A stretch of 25,786 nucleotides of DNA from Candidatus Krumholzibacteriia bacterium. Lineage in GTDB: Bacteria > Krumholzibacteriota > Krumholzibacteriia > Krumholzibacteriales > Krumholzibacteriaceae. The DNA is taken from NCBI GenBank assembly GCA_028696635.1, contig JAQVGR010000001.1:1-25786 (forward strand), read 5' to 3'. The notes beneath the pieces are model-generated. The model had not been told where the DNA came from. It did not search any database and saw only the letters and a list, made by a program, of their open reading frames with translations. Every line of letters starts with the position of its first letter. Positions within the stretch are counted from its first letter, which is position 1. A program made the position numbers and the translations under genes. Of the stretch, positions 9,310 through 17,592 are shown piece by piece.

Positions 9310-9498
9310 CTACTCTTCTTTTTCCTTGGGCTTGACGATCTCGCGCCCGCCGTAGTATCCGCAGTTCGGACAGACCGCGTGGGCCGGCTTGGGCTGATGG
9401 CAATGCGAGCATTTCGCCAGAGACGGCGCCACGGCCTTGTAGTGCGCCCGCCGCATTCGTTTTCGCGCTTTCGATGTTCTATGCTTCGGTACAGCCAT
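9310..9498 (-). CDS. rpmF: 50S ribosomal protein L32 (zinc-ribbon form)
   Basis: MAVPKHRTSKARKRMRRAH, CxxC...CxxCGYY; SD GGAGG; canonical yceD-rpmF-plsX order. Confidence 0.96.
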   Translation of the reverse strand: MAVPKHRTSKARKRMRRAHYKAVAPSLAKCSHCHQPKPAHAVCPNCGYYGGREIVKPKEKEE

Positions 9499-9526
9499 TC
9501 CTTGACCTCCCGGTTCCGGGGAATAT

Positions 9527-10066
9527 TCACCGTTCGTCGTCTTTGTTCAACAGTTTTTTCAGATCCCCCCATCGGGGATCGCCGTTCCCGTCCCCGCAGC
9601 CGCAGGGCCCCTCGTTCCTGTTCGCCCCGCACCGGGGACAGATACCCGCGCACTCCTCCCTGCAGAGGAACCTGATCGGCATCTCGAGCAGTATCGACTC
9701 TCTCACATGGGGAAAGATGTCGTACCGGTACTCCTCCCCCTCCCCGAGCAGGACGAAATCGGCCTCTTCGATCCCTTCGGGGACTGCGGCGCCGCCTCCC
9801 CGCTGGAGCACGACGCTGAACGCCGTCTCGAGCCCGTGCTCGAACGGCGCGAGGCACCGGGCGCACTCGGCCTGTATCGCCGCACGGATCGTTCCCTCGA
9901 GCAGGAACCGGTTTCCGGACTTCGTCATGACAGCCGTGACCGCCGCCCTGCACTGCAGATCCTCCCCGCCGCCGCCGGTCAGAGCGAACCCCTCGTCGAA
10001 CGAGAAGGATTCGCGGTCCCCGGCGTGGCCGAGGTCTATCTGCATCTGCGGAAAATCCTTGTCCAT
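9527..10066 (-). CDS. yceD: YceD/DUF177 family protein
   Basis: CARCL, HVRESILLEMP, LCREECAGICPRCGANRN, DPRWGDLKKL; directly upstream of rpmF. Confidence 0.93.
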   Translation of the reverse strand: MDKDFPQMQIDLGHAGDRESFSFDEGFALTGGGGEDLQCRAAVTAVMTKSGNRFLLEGTIRAAIQAECARCLAPFEHGLETAFSVVLQRGGGAAVPEGIEEADFVLLGEGEEYRYDIFPHVRESILLEMPIRFLCREECAGICPRCGANRNEGPCGCGDGNGDPRWGDLKKLLNKDDER

Positions 10067-10072
10067 GAAGCG

Positions 10073-10104
10073 ATTATACTATTCGCGGCCGAACACGATG
10101 GCAA
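10073..10104 (-). promoter_or_regulatory. Internal promoter overlapping the ndk stop, driving yceD-rpmF-plsX-fab
   Basis: Minus strand: TTGCCA (10104-10099), N17, TAGTAT overlapping a perfect TATAAT (10078-10073), then 6 nt and the yceD ATG; no SD. Confidence 0.6.
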
Positions 10105-10483
10105 GTTCTTTTTCCGCAGAGGACCGGGAGTCGGATGCATGCACGGCGTTGGCCTGCAGCGACGTGCCGTACATGTACCGGATCGTCCCGGGACGCGCGG
10201 AGGCGGGATCGGTCGCGCCGACGAGCTCGCGCAGCAGCGCGACGCCCTCCTCCTTCTCCAGCTCCATCCCGACGACCTCGCCCGATGTGATGTACGCCAC
10301 CAGCGCCTCGAAGAACGGCTTGCCACGATGGACGCCGTAGAACTCCCCGGCCGTGCCGGCGTCGAAGCGAAACTGCTTCATCCGCCTTATCCTGAACCGG
10401 TTGGCCAGCAACATATCTATGATCCGTCCCTGGTGCCCCGCCGCGACGGCCTCCGGCTTTATCATCAGAAAGGTCCTGTCCAC
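10079..10483 (-). CDS. ndk: Nucleoside diphosphate kinase
   Basis: TFLMIKPE, FYGVHRGKPFF, GATDP, PGTIR, NAVHASDS phospho-His motif; SD AGGAGG, GTG start. Confidence 0.96.
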   Translation of the reverse strand: MDRTFLMIKPEAVAAGHQGRIIDMLLANRFRIRRMKQFRFDAGTAGEFYGVHRGKPFFEALVAYITSGEVVGMELEKEEGVALLRELVGATDPASARPGTIRYMYGTSLQANAVHASDSRSSAEKELAIVFGRE

Positions 10484-10513
10484 GTCTCCTCCTGTGTCCC
10501 TGCCGGACGCGTC

Positions 10514-11386
10514 TCAGCCGGTGACGCGCCTGACGATATCGACGATCTGTGCGGGGGTGTCGGCCACCTCGACGCCGACCTCCTTGAAGGCGGCTATCTT
10601 CCCCTCGGCGGTCCCCGCGCCGCCGGCGATAATCGCGCCGGCGTGCCCCATCCGCTTCCCCGGGGGGGCGGTCCTGCCGGCGATGAAGGCGGCGACCCTC
10701 TTCGGATAGCCGTCGCGTATCATCCGGGCGGCCAGCTCCTCGTCGTTTCCGCCGATCTCGCCGATCAGCACCACAGCGTCGGTCCCCTCGTCTGCTGCGA
10801 AGAGCGACATCGCATCGAGCAGGTTCGTGCCGACTATCGGATCGCCCCCGATCCCGATGCAGGTCGATTGCCCGAAGCCGCTCTGAGAGAGATGATGCAC
10901 GATCTCGTAGGTGAGGGTGCCGCTGCGCGAGATGACGCCGACGCGCCCCTGCCGGTGGATCTCTCCCGGCATGATCCCGACTTTCGCCAGGCCAGGAGAT
11001 ATCACGCCCGGGCTGTTCGGGCCTATGAGCCTGGTGCCGCGTTCCCTGAGGAACGGAAGCGCCCGCACCATGTCGCGCACGGGTATCCCCTCCGAGATGC
11101 ATACGACCAGGCCGATCCCGGCGTCGGCGGCCTCGCAGACCGCATCGGCGGCGAACGAGGCGGGGACGTAGATCACGCTCGTATCGGCGCCCGTCGCGGC
11201 GACCGCGTCGGCGACCGAGTCGAAGACGGGGACGCCGTCTTCGGTCTTCGCGCCGCCCTTGCCCGGCGTCACGCCGGCGACGACCTTTGTCCCGTAGGCT
11301 ATCATCTGCCGGGCGTGGAATCCGCCGTCGCGCCCGGTGATCCCCTGGACGACGAGGCGAGTCTCTTTTCCGACCAGAATGCTCAC
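10514..11386 (-). CDS. sucD: Succinyl-CoA synthetase alpha subunit
   Basis: [39 protein letters not shown] phospho-His motif. Confidence 0.97.
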   Translation of the reverse strand: MSILVGKETRLVVQGITGRDGGFHARQMIAYGTKVVAGVTPGKGGAKTEDGVPVFDSVADAVAATGADTSVIYVPASFAADAVCEAADAGIGLVVCISEGIPVRDMVRALPFLRERGTRLIGPNSPGVISPGLAKVGIMPGEIHRQGRVGVISRSGTLTYEIVHHLSQSGFGQSTCIGIGGDPIVGTNLLDAMSLFAADEGTDAVVLIGEIGGNDEELAARMIRDGYPKRVAAFIAGRTAPPGKRMGHAGAIIAGGAGTAEGKIAAFKEVGVEVADTPAQIVDIVRRVTG

Positions 11387-11429
11387 AGTACGATTCCTTT
11401 CTGTCGATACCGCCCCCAGGGGACGGAGA

Positions 11430-12563
11430 TCAGCCGCGTGCAGCAGCGATGGCGCCCTTCACCGCTTCATCCATCGTCTCGGCGCCGATCAGGTCGGTGC
11501 CGGCGAGGAGTTCTCCCGCCTCGCGCGCGTTCGTGCCGGTCAGCCGGACGACGAGCGGGACATCGAGCCCGAGCCGCTTCTTCGCCTCGATCAGCCCCAT
11601 GGCTACGTCGTCGCACCGGGTGATGCCGCCGAAGATGTTGATCAGGATCGCCTTCACGCTTGGATCGCGGAGGATGATCCGCATCGCGGCGAGCACCTTG
11701 TCCGGGCTCGAGCTGCCGCCGATGTCGAGGAAGTTCGCCGGCTCGGCGCCGTAGTGCTTGATCATGTCCATCGTGGCCATCGCGAGCCCCGCCCCGTTGA
11801 CGACGCAGCCTATCGATCCGTCGAGCTTGACGAACGACAGCCCCGCCTCGCGCGCCGCCGTCTCGCCCGGATCCTCGTCTGCCGTGTCCCGGAGCGCCTC
11901 TATCTCGGGGTGGCGGAAGAGCCCGTTGTCGTCGATGTTTATCTTCGCGTCGATCGCCCAGACGGTCCCGTCCTGGCTGAGAACGAGGGGGTTGATCTCG
12001 GCGAGCGAAGCGTCGACGCCCATGAAGGCGTCGTAGAGAGCCTGCAGGACCGCTCCTATCTGTTTGGCCACCGCCCTGTCCCCGGTGAGGAACGAGGTGA
12101 GGCGCCGCGTCTGAAAGGGCATCAGCCCCCCTTCGGGGTTGAGGGGGAGCTTGAGGATCCTCTCCGGAGCGGTGCGCGCCACCTCCTCGATATCCACCCC
12201 TCCCGAGGGCGACACCATCATCATCGGCCTGCGGGTGACGCGGTCGAAGACCATCGCCGCGTAGAACTCCTTCACGATATCGACGGCCCGGGCGACAAGA
12301 ACCTTCTCGACGGCCAGGCCCTTGATCTCCATTCCCAGGATCGTCCCGGCCTTCTCCCCCGCCTCGCGGGGCGATGAGGCGAGCTTGACCCCCCCGGCCT
12401 TCCCCCTCCCGCCGACGAGCACCTGCGCCTTGACGACGACCGGACAGCCGAGCTCCTCGGCGGCCGCTTCGGCGGCCCGGGGGTCGGCGACGAGTCGGCT
12501 CGGCGGAACGGGCAGGCCGAACCGGGTGAAAATGGCGCGGGCGTCGGATTCGTGTATCTTCAC
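11430..12563 (-). CDS. sucC: Succinyl-CoA synthetase beta subunit
   Basis: KIHE start, [51 protein letters not shown]; start set to GTG 12563 with GGAGG SD. Confidence 0.97.
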   Translation of the reverse strand: MKIHESDARAIFTRFGLPVPPSRLVADPRAAEAAAEELGCPVVVKAQVLVGGRGKAGGVKLASSPREAGEKAGTILGMEIKGLAVEKVLVARAVDIVKEFYAAMVFDRVTRRPMMMVSPSGGVDIEEVARTAPERILKLPLNPEGGLMPFQTRRLTSFLTGDRAVAKQIGAVLQALYDAFMGVDASLAEINPLVLSQDGTVWAIDAKINIDDNGLFRHPEIEALRDTADEDPGETAAREAGLSFVKLDGSIGCVVNGAGLAMATMDMIKHYGAEPANFLDIGGSSSPDKVLAAMRIILRDPSVKAILINIFGGITRCDDVAMGLIEAKKRLGLDVPLVVRLTGTNAREAGELLAGTDLIGAETMDEAVKGAIAAARG

Positions 12564-12610
12564 TGGCTGCACCTCCGGCATTCGTTGGGCGCCGCCCCGC
12601 GGAGGCGCCG

Positions 12611-13948
12611 CTATTCGAGAAAACGCGCGAGGGCGTCGCGCAGATCCGGCGAGCCGATCTCGGCGAGATCGTACGTGACCCGTACCGACGGCTGAGCGAT
12701 CCTGATGATCCGCCCGAGATCTATCGGCGTTCCGACCACGACCGTGTCGCACTGGACCGCCGCGATCGTCTTCTCGAGGTCCCGGATCTGCTCCGTGCCG
12801 TATCCCATCGCCGGCAGGAGCGTCCCGATGCCGGGGTAGCGCTCGAAGGTCCGCATGATCTTACCCGCGGCCCAGGGCCGCGGATCGACGAGCTCGGCCG
12901 CCCCGTACTTCATCGCGGCCATGACGCCGGCGCCGTACCGCATGCCGCCGTGCGTCAGCGTCGGGCCGTCCTCGACGCAGAGGACCCGCTTGCCGCGGAT
13001 CAGGCCCGGGTCGTCGACGTGCAGCGGCGAGGCCGCGTCGACGACTATCGCGTCGGGGTTGTAGGCGGCGATGTTCTCCCTGACCTTCTCGATCCCGCAC
13101 AGGTCGGCCGTGTCGATCTTGTTGATCACGATCACGTCGGCCATCAGGAGGTTGACGAACCCGGGATAGTACTCGACCTCGTGCCCGGGACGGTGCGGGT
13201 CGACGACGGTGATCGCGCAGTCGGGCTTGTAGAACGGCATGTCGTTGTTGCCGCCGTCCCAGAGTATGACGTCCGCTTCCCGCTCGGCCTGCCTGAGGAT
13301 CGCCTCGTAATCGACGCCGGCGTAGATGATGACTCCGCTGACGATGTGCGGCTCGTACTCCTCCATCTCCTCTATCGTGCAGTGGTGTTTCTCGAGATCG
13401 TCGAGGCTGGCGAACCGCTGCACGGCCTGCCTGGCGAGGTCGCCGTACGGCATCGGGTGCCTGATCGCCACGACCTTCCTGCCCGCATCGAGCAGGATCC
13501 TGGCCACGCGGCGGGTCGTCTGGCTCTTGCCGCACCCGGTGCGCGTGGCGCAGATCGAGATGACCGGCTTCGAGCTGCGGATCATCGTCGGCTCCGCTCC
13601 GACGAGCGAGAAATGGGCGCCGAGCGAATTGACGAGCTGCGCCTTCTCCATCACGTACTGGTTCGAGACGTCGCTGTAGGAGAAGACGACCTCCGCGACC
13701 TCGCCGTCGACGATCAGCTGCTCGAGCTCCTCCTCCGAGTGGATCGGGATCCCGTCGGGGTAGAGCGGCCCGGCGAGCTCGGGCGGGTACTTGCGCCCCT
13801 CGATGTCGGGGATCTGCGTCGCCGTGAAGGCGACGACCTCGACCGACCGATCGTCCCGGTAGAGCGTGTTGAAGTTATGGAAATCCCTTCCCGCCGCACC
13901 CATGATCAGGATGCGCCGCCGTGCCGTGCCTCGCTCGACCTCCGTCAC
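12611..13948 (-). CDS. P-loop enzyme of the COG2403 / cyclic-2,3-diphosphoglycerate-synthetase-related family, arginine synthetase (ArcE)-like clade
   Basis: GAAGRDFHNFN, AFTATQIPDIEGRKYPPELAG, Walker A TRTGCGKSQT, IRHPMPYGDL, WDGGNND, EDGPTLTHGGM, LPAMGY; start set to GTG 13948 after SD GAGGAGG. Family certain by motif, activity inferred. Confidence 0.8.
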   Translation of the reverse strand: MTEVERGTARRRILIMGAAGRDFHNFNTLYRDDRSVEVVAFTATQIPDIEGRKYPPELAGPLYPDGIPIHSEEELEQLIVDGEVAEVVFSYSDVSNQYVMEKAQLVNSLGAHFSLVGAEPTMIRSSKPVISICATRTGCGKSQTTRRVARILLDAGRKVVAIRHPMPYGDLARQAVQRFASLDDLEKHHCTIEEMEEYEPHIVSGVIIYAGVDYEAILRQAEREADVILWDGGNNDMPFYKPDCAITVVDPHRPGHEVEYYPGFVNLLMADVIVINKIDTADLCGIEKVRENIAAYNPDAIVVDAASPLHVDDPGLIRGKRVLCVEDGPTLTHGGMRYGAGVMAAMKYGAAELVDPRPWAAGKIMRTFERYPGIGTLLPAMGYGTEQIRDLEKTIAAVQCDTVVVGTPIDLGRIIRIAQPSVRVTYDLAEIGSPDLRDALARFLE

Positions 13949-13974
13949 GATTCCTCCTCTGTCCGTTCGGGGCC

Positions 13975-14475
13975 TCATCGGCCCGCCGTTCCTTCACGCG
14001 ATCGGCCGATCCTGTCGATCAGCTCGCTCGACGAATATCCTTCGACCATCGGGATCCGGACCACCCGGCCCCCGCTCTCCCTGACGAGGTCCTCGCCGAC
14101 GATCTCGCCCGCGCCGTACTCCGCTCCCTTGACGAGAACGTCGGGGCGCAGCGCTGCGATCGTCTCGAGCGGCGTGTCCTTGTCGAACACCGTCACGAAA
14201 TCGACGCTGCGCAGGTGCAGCAGGATGAAGGCGCGGTCCGGCGCGGCGGTCACGGGCCGGGACGGCCCCTTGAGCCGCCGCACCGAGTCGTCGCTGTTGA
14301 TGCCGACGACGAGGCAATCGCCGAGCCCGCGCGCCGTCGCGAGGAGCTCCACGTGCCCCCGGTGCAGGACGTCGAAACATCCGTTCGTGAAGACGATCCT
14401 CACTCCGGCCAGCCGCGCCCGCAGGCCGGCGAGCTCATGACGCTCCAGCGCTCCGCCGGGCCGGCCCCCGTCCAT
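13975..14475 (-). CDS. rfaE2: D-glycero-beta-D-manno-heptose 1-phosphate adenylyltransferase (stand-alone HldE domain II)
   Basis: VFTNGCFDVLHRGHV (HxGH), GINSDDSVRRLKG, PDVLVKG, YSSSELI. Confidence 0.92.
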   Translation of the reverse strand: MDGGRPGGALERHELAGLRARLAGVRIVFTNGCFDVLHRGHVELLATARGLGDCLVVGINSDDSVRRLKGPSRPVTAAPDRAFILLHLRSVDFVTVFDKDTPLETIAALRPDVLVKGAEYGAGEIVGEDLVRESGGRVVRIPMVEGYSSSELIDRIGRSREGTAGR

Positions 14476-14479
14476 AGTA

Positions 14480-15454
14480 TCAGATCCCGAACGCATCTGC
14501 CATCTCCTCCGGCTTCGCCGCCGCGGTGCCGAGCTCCCTGATCACGATCCCCGCCGCCGCGTTGGCCAGCTCGATCGCTTCGCGCAGCCCCGCCCCCGCT
14601 GCGACGGCGGCGGCGAGCACGCTGATGACCGTGTCCCCCGCACCGGTCACGTCGTAGACCTCCCTCGCTCGCGTGGGCAGATGGTGCGACAGCCTGCCTT
14701 CCTCGAACAGCGTCATCCCCTCCTCGCCCCGCGTGATCAGGACCGCCCGCGCGCCGAGGTCGCGCAGCAGGGCGCGGCCGACCCACTCGAGATCGGCTGC
14801 GCCGCGGATCTTCGTATTGTAGAACCCGGCGGCTTCCTTCAGGTTGGGGGTCACGCACCACGCGCCACGATAGAGGTCGAAGTGCCCCTCTTTCGGATCT
14901 ATGAGCACCGGCGCCGCGTCCGCGCAGAGCCGCCTGAGATCGTCCATCACGGGCATCGAGACGACGCCCTTCCCGTAATCGGAGACGACCACCGCGCCGC
15001 ATCCCTCGACCGCGTCGCCCAGCGCCGATCGCAGGCGCCCCAGCACGGGTCCGGCGACCTCCGCGTTCGTCTCGAAATCCGCCCTGACGACCTGCTGGTT
15101 GTGCGCGATGATGCGGATCTTCTCGGTGGTCACCCGCCGCCCGTCCGCGACGACGAACCGGTCGGCGATGCCCCGTTCGCCGAGCAGGCGCCTGAGCTCC
15201 CGCCCCTGGTGGTCGCGCCCGCAGATCCCCACGAGCCGCACGTCGCACCCGAGAGACATGAGGTTCCAGGCGACGTTCGCCGCCCCGCCGGGGCGGACGT
15301 TCGTCGAGGCGACCCCGACGACGGGAACCGGGGCCTCCGGGCTGATCCGCTCGACATTCCCCCAGAAGTAGCGGTCGAGCATCAGGTCGCCGACGACGGC
15401 GACCGGCGTGCCCTTTACGGCCTTGAGTATCTCCGCGGCCCTGCGCCTGCGCAT
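14480..15454 (-). CDS. rfaE1: D-glycero-beta-D-manno-heptose 7-phosphate kinase (stand-alone HldE domain I, PfkB family)
   Basis: VVGDLMLDRY, RISPEAPVPV, GGAANVA, SDYGKG, TPNLKE, DVTGAGDTV. Confidence 0.92.
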   Translation of the reverse strand: MRRRRAAEILKAVKGTPVAVVGDLMLDRYFWGNVERISPEAPVPVVGVASTNVRPGGAANVAWNLMSLGCDVRLVGICGRDHQGRELRRLLGERGIADRFVVADGRRVTTEKIRIIAHNQQVVRADFETNAEVAGPVLGRLRSALGDAVEGCGAVVVSDYGKGVVSMPVMDDLRRLCADAAPVLIDPKEGHFDLYRGAWCVTPNLKEAAGFYNTKIRGAADLEWVGRALLRDLGARAVLITRGEEGMTLFEEGRLSHHLPTRAREVYDVTGAGDTVISVLAAAVAAGAGLREAIELANAAAGIVIRELGTAAAKPEEMADAFGI

Positions 15455-15537
15455 GCTTTTTCATCCTTCCGGCGGAGGATCCCTCTCGGGGACCCATGAA
15501 TCGGAGGCGCCGGTCGGGCCCGGCGCCGTCGCCGGTC

Positions 15538-15567
15538 AATATACCCGTACGCGGAGGCCGAGTTCAA
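15538..15567 (-). promoter_or_regulatory. Candidate promoter heading the 17-gene run (TTGAAC-N18-TATATT)
   Basis: TTGAAC at 15567-15562, TATATT at 15543-15538, about 80 nt upstream of the heptose kinase ATG. Confidence 0.5.
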
Positions 15568-15641
15568 GCCCATAATCCCCGTCCCGCTGTCCCTCGGCGG
15601 CTGCAGAACCTCGTATGAGCGTGACAGTGCGGCGGCGAAGA

Positions 15642-15938
15642 TCAGAACGGCTCCTCTTCAGGCCGAAACTGCTCCCAGAGCCTTCTGAAACGGCCGAGAT
15701 ATATCGCGTCGAACAGATCGCCGCTTCCCGGAAAGACCTCGAGCACGTCCGCGCGCAGCGCCGCGATCTCCTCCTGGACCTCGTCTCCGTTCGCCTCTCC
15801 GCCGAGTATCAACGATGCGATCCGGTCCGCCTCGAGCCTGATCCCGCGCGCTATGGCGCGATCCTCGTCGTTGCGCGACGCTTCGAGCAGGGCATCCTCG
15901 ACCGGATCGCCGCCTGAATCAACGCCGTTCGGTTCCAT
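15642..15938 (-). CDS. Small acidic helical hypothetical protein (98 aa)
   Basis: Protein-like C-terminus DLFDAIYLGRFRRLWEQFR; start set to ATG 15938, 10 nt after an extended -10 TGCTATCAT (15957-15949); the longer ORF start overlaps the upstream gene. Confidence 0.7.
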   Translation of the reverse strand: MEPNGVDSGGDPVEDALLEASRNDEDRAIARGIRLEADRIASLILGGEANGDEVQEEIAALRADVLEVFPGSGDLFDAIYLGRFRRLWEQFRPEEEPF

Positions 15939-15956
15939 AATCGCAACGATGATAGC

Positions 15957-15988
15957 AGAAAGAGGGGCGCCGGGGGTACCCCGGCGCC
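15957..15988 (-). terminator. Intrinsic terminator-like hairpin after the lipoprotein gene
   Basis: Perfect 10-bp stem GGCGCCGGGG/CCCCGGCGCC (15966-15975, 15979-15988), 3-nt loop, followed on the minus strand by CCTCTTTCT. Confidence 0.55.
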
Positions 15989-16011
15989 ACCGTGAAGCCG
16001 CCCGAGCCCGC

Positions 16012-17538
16012 TCAGGAGGCGGGTTCGAAGCACTGGTCGGAGAGATCATCGTCGTCTGTGTCGCGGGAGGCAACCGGGTCGGTCTCACCGCAGACGAAGA
16101 TCTCGATGCGCAGGTCCCAGCAGGCGGGACCGAGTCCAATTAACGGCACCCGGTAGGTGTCATGACTGCCCACTCCGTCGACCGTCCAGCAGGCCGTGGA
16201 AAAGTAGTAGCTCCAGTCGCCCCCCCCCGCCGGGCGTCTGTAGACCCGGGCGTTGACCTCGGCTGTCCGCAGCCCGGCGCCGAGATCGACATCCCAGGTG
16301 AGGGTGCGCCGCTCCGCGTATCCGTCGCCGTCGGCGTCCACGACCGCCTCCCACCAGGCGTCGGCGATCACGTAGGCGGCGAGGTACGGCTCGTCGAAAC
16401 ACTGGTCCGCCAGGTCGGAGTCGTTGGCAAAGCTCCGCTCTGCGGCCTTGCCGTACCCGTCGCACTCGTAGACGTCGATGATGAACTCGTACCGTTTGGG
16501 CTCGAGCCCGTACACATCGACGTACCGCGCGTCGGCCTCGCTCTTGCCGGAGACCGTCCAGCACGGGGTCGAGTGGTACCATGTCCACGCGTCTTCGCCG
16601 ACCGGGCGGCAGTAGACGTGCGCCTGCACGAGATGGGGGGCGTCGTCGTCGACGTCGACATCCCACCAGAGCCGTCCCGCCTCGCGACAGCCGTCGCCGT
16701 CGTTGTCGACCTCGCCGCTCCACCAGGCGTCGTAGACGCTGAAGGTGACGAGCGTCTCGAAACGACGGCCGCGAAGGTCTTGATCGTCGACGCGCCCGCG
16801 GGCAGCGACGATCCCCGAGCGGCCGCACTCGTAGAGAACGATCGAGAACTCGTACGTGCCTTCCGGCAGATGGTCGACGATCACCGAGACGGTGTCCGCT
16901 TCGCCGTCGCCGACTATCTCCGCGCAGGGAGTGGTCGCGTAGTGGGTCCAGTCTCCCGCGCATATCTCGCGGTAGAAGATCTGCGCGCTGACCGTGCGGA
17001 TCGTCCCGTCGTTCATGTCTGGATCGAAGACCAGCGTCCCGCGCTCGGCGTACCCGTCGCCATCTTCGTCAACGAGGTCGCGCCACCAGGCATCCTCGAT
17101 CGCGAAGGCCGGGTCGAGGGCAAAGAGCGTATAAGTCACCTGAACGTTCACGGGACTGTTGTCTGCGGAGCATCCGTGGACGCGTACGAGGCTCTCGTAC
17201 ACGCCTGGAGGAAGATCGGTCGTGTTCACCGAGACACGCGCCCGCATGCTCTCCAGTGTGCAGCCGGGGACAGAGGTCCCTGAGGTCGGATCGAGGCCGG
17301 TCCAGTCCTCGACGGTCGTCAGCTCCCAGAGGAGGACCCCGCCCCCCGTGTTCAGGATCTGTATCTCCTGCGGCGGCGGAAGCTCGCCGCCGGCGACGGC
17401 GTTGAACGCCAGCGCGCCGGGGACGACCTTGATGTGCGGGGTGTCCGGCTCGGGACAGACGCAGTCATCGTCGAGGCACCCGCCCGCGCAGGTGAACGCG
17501 AGACAGAGGACGATCAGCGCCGCTGTCCTATCAGACAT
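16012..17538 (-). CDS. Surface lipoprotein: BACON/Ig-like domain plus three tandem about 122-aa acidic repeats (choice-of-anchor H-like)
   Basis: Hydrophobic signal ending AGG-C21; aa about 35-138 match a BACON pattern (ILNTGGG.L.W...W, V.V....L.PG.Y...V.V); DAWW recurs at aa 149, 270, 393. Confidence 0.8.
   Translation of the reverse strand: MSDRTAALIVLCLAFTCAGGCLDDDCVCPEPDTPHIKVVPGALAFNAVAGGELPPPQEIQILNTGGGVLLWELTTVEDWTGLDPTSGTSVPGCTLESMRARVSVNTTDLPPGVYESLVRVHGCSADNSPVNVQVTYTLFALDPAFAIEDAWWRDLVDEDGDGYAERGTLVFDPDMNDGTIRTVSAQIFYREICAGDWTHYATTPCAEIVGDGEADTVSVIVDHLPEGTYEFSIVLYECGRSGIVAARGRVDDQDLRGRRFETLVTFSVYDAWWSGEVDNDGDGCREAGRLWWDVDVDDDAPHLVQAHVYCRPVGEDAWTWYHSTPCWTVSGKSEADARYVDVYGLEPKRYEFIIDVYECDGYGKAAERSFANDSDLADQCFDEPYLAAYVIADAWWEAVVDADGDGYAERRTLTWDVDLGAGLRTAEVNARVYRRPAGGGDWSYYFSTACWTVDGVGSHDTYRVPLIGLGPACWDLRIEIFVCGETDPVASRDTDDDDLSDQCFEPAS
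16015..17106 (-). repeat. Three intragenic tandem domain repeats (period 121-123 aa)
   Basis: Each unit has DAWW, D-x-DGDG, D-x-D, W..Y..T.C, YEF/WDL, YEC/FVC and D..DL...F-E/D. Confidence 0.9.
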
Positions 17539-17592
17539 GAGCAGCCACCGTACCGGTTCGGCGATGGAAATACTTGAACTCGTTTCTAGATA

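Noticed and set aside
7234-9953. Long ORF-track versions suggesting N-terminal extensions or fusions of fabH (to 8787) and plsX (to 9953); likewise rnc, sucC, dprA, blaI
   Set aside because: Extensions overlap neighbouring real genes; internal starts with SD or stop/start overlap match the family N-termini.
12611-13948. Annotation as cyclic 2,3-diphosphoglycerate synthetase or generic GTPase
   Set aside because: The N-terminus has GAAGRDFHNFN rather than the DGEHY-type start I associate with true CpgS; the ArcE-like clade fits better, pending phylogeny.
16015-17106. CRISPR-like or DNA-level tandem array
   Set aside because: Repeats are diverged in-frame protein domains of about 365 bp, with no identical short repeats and spacers.
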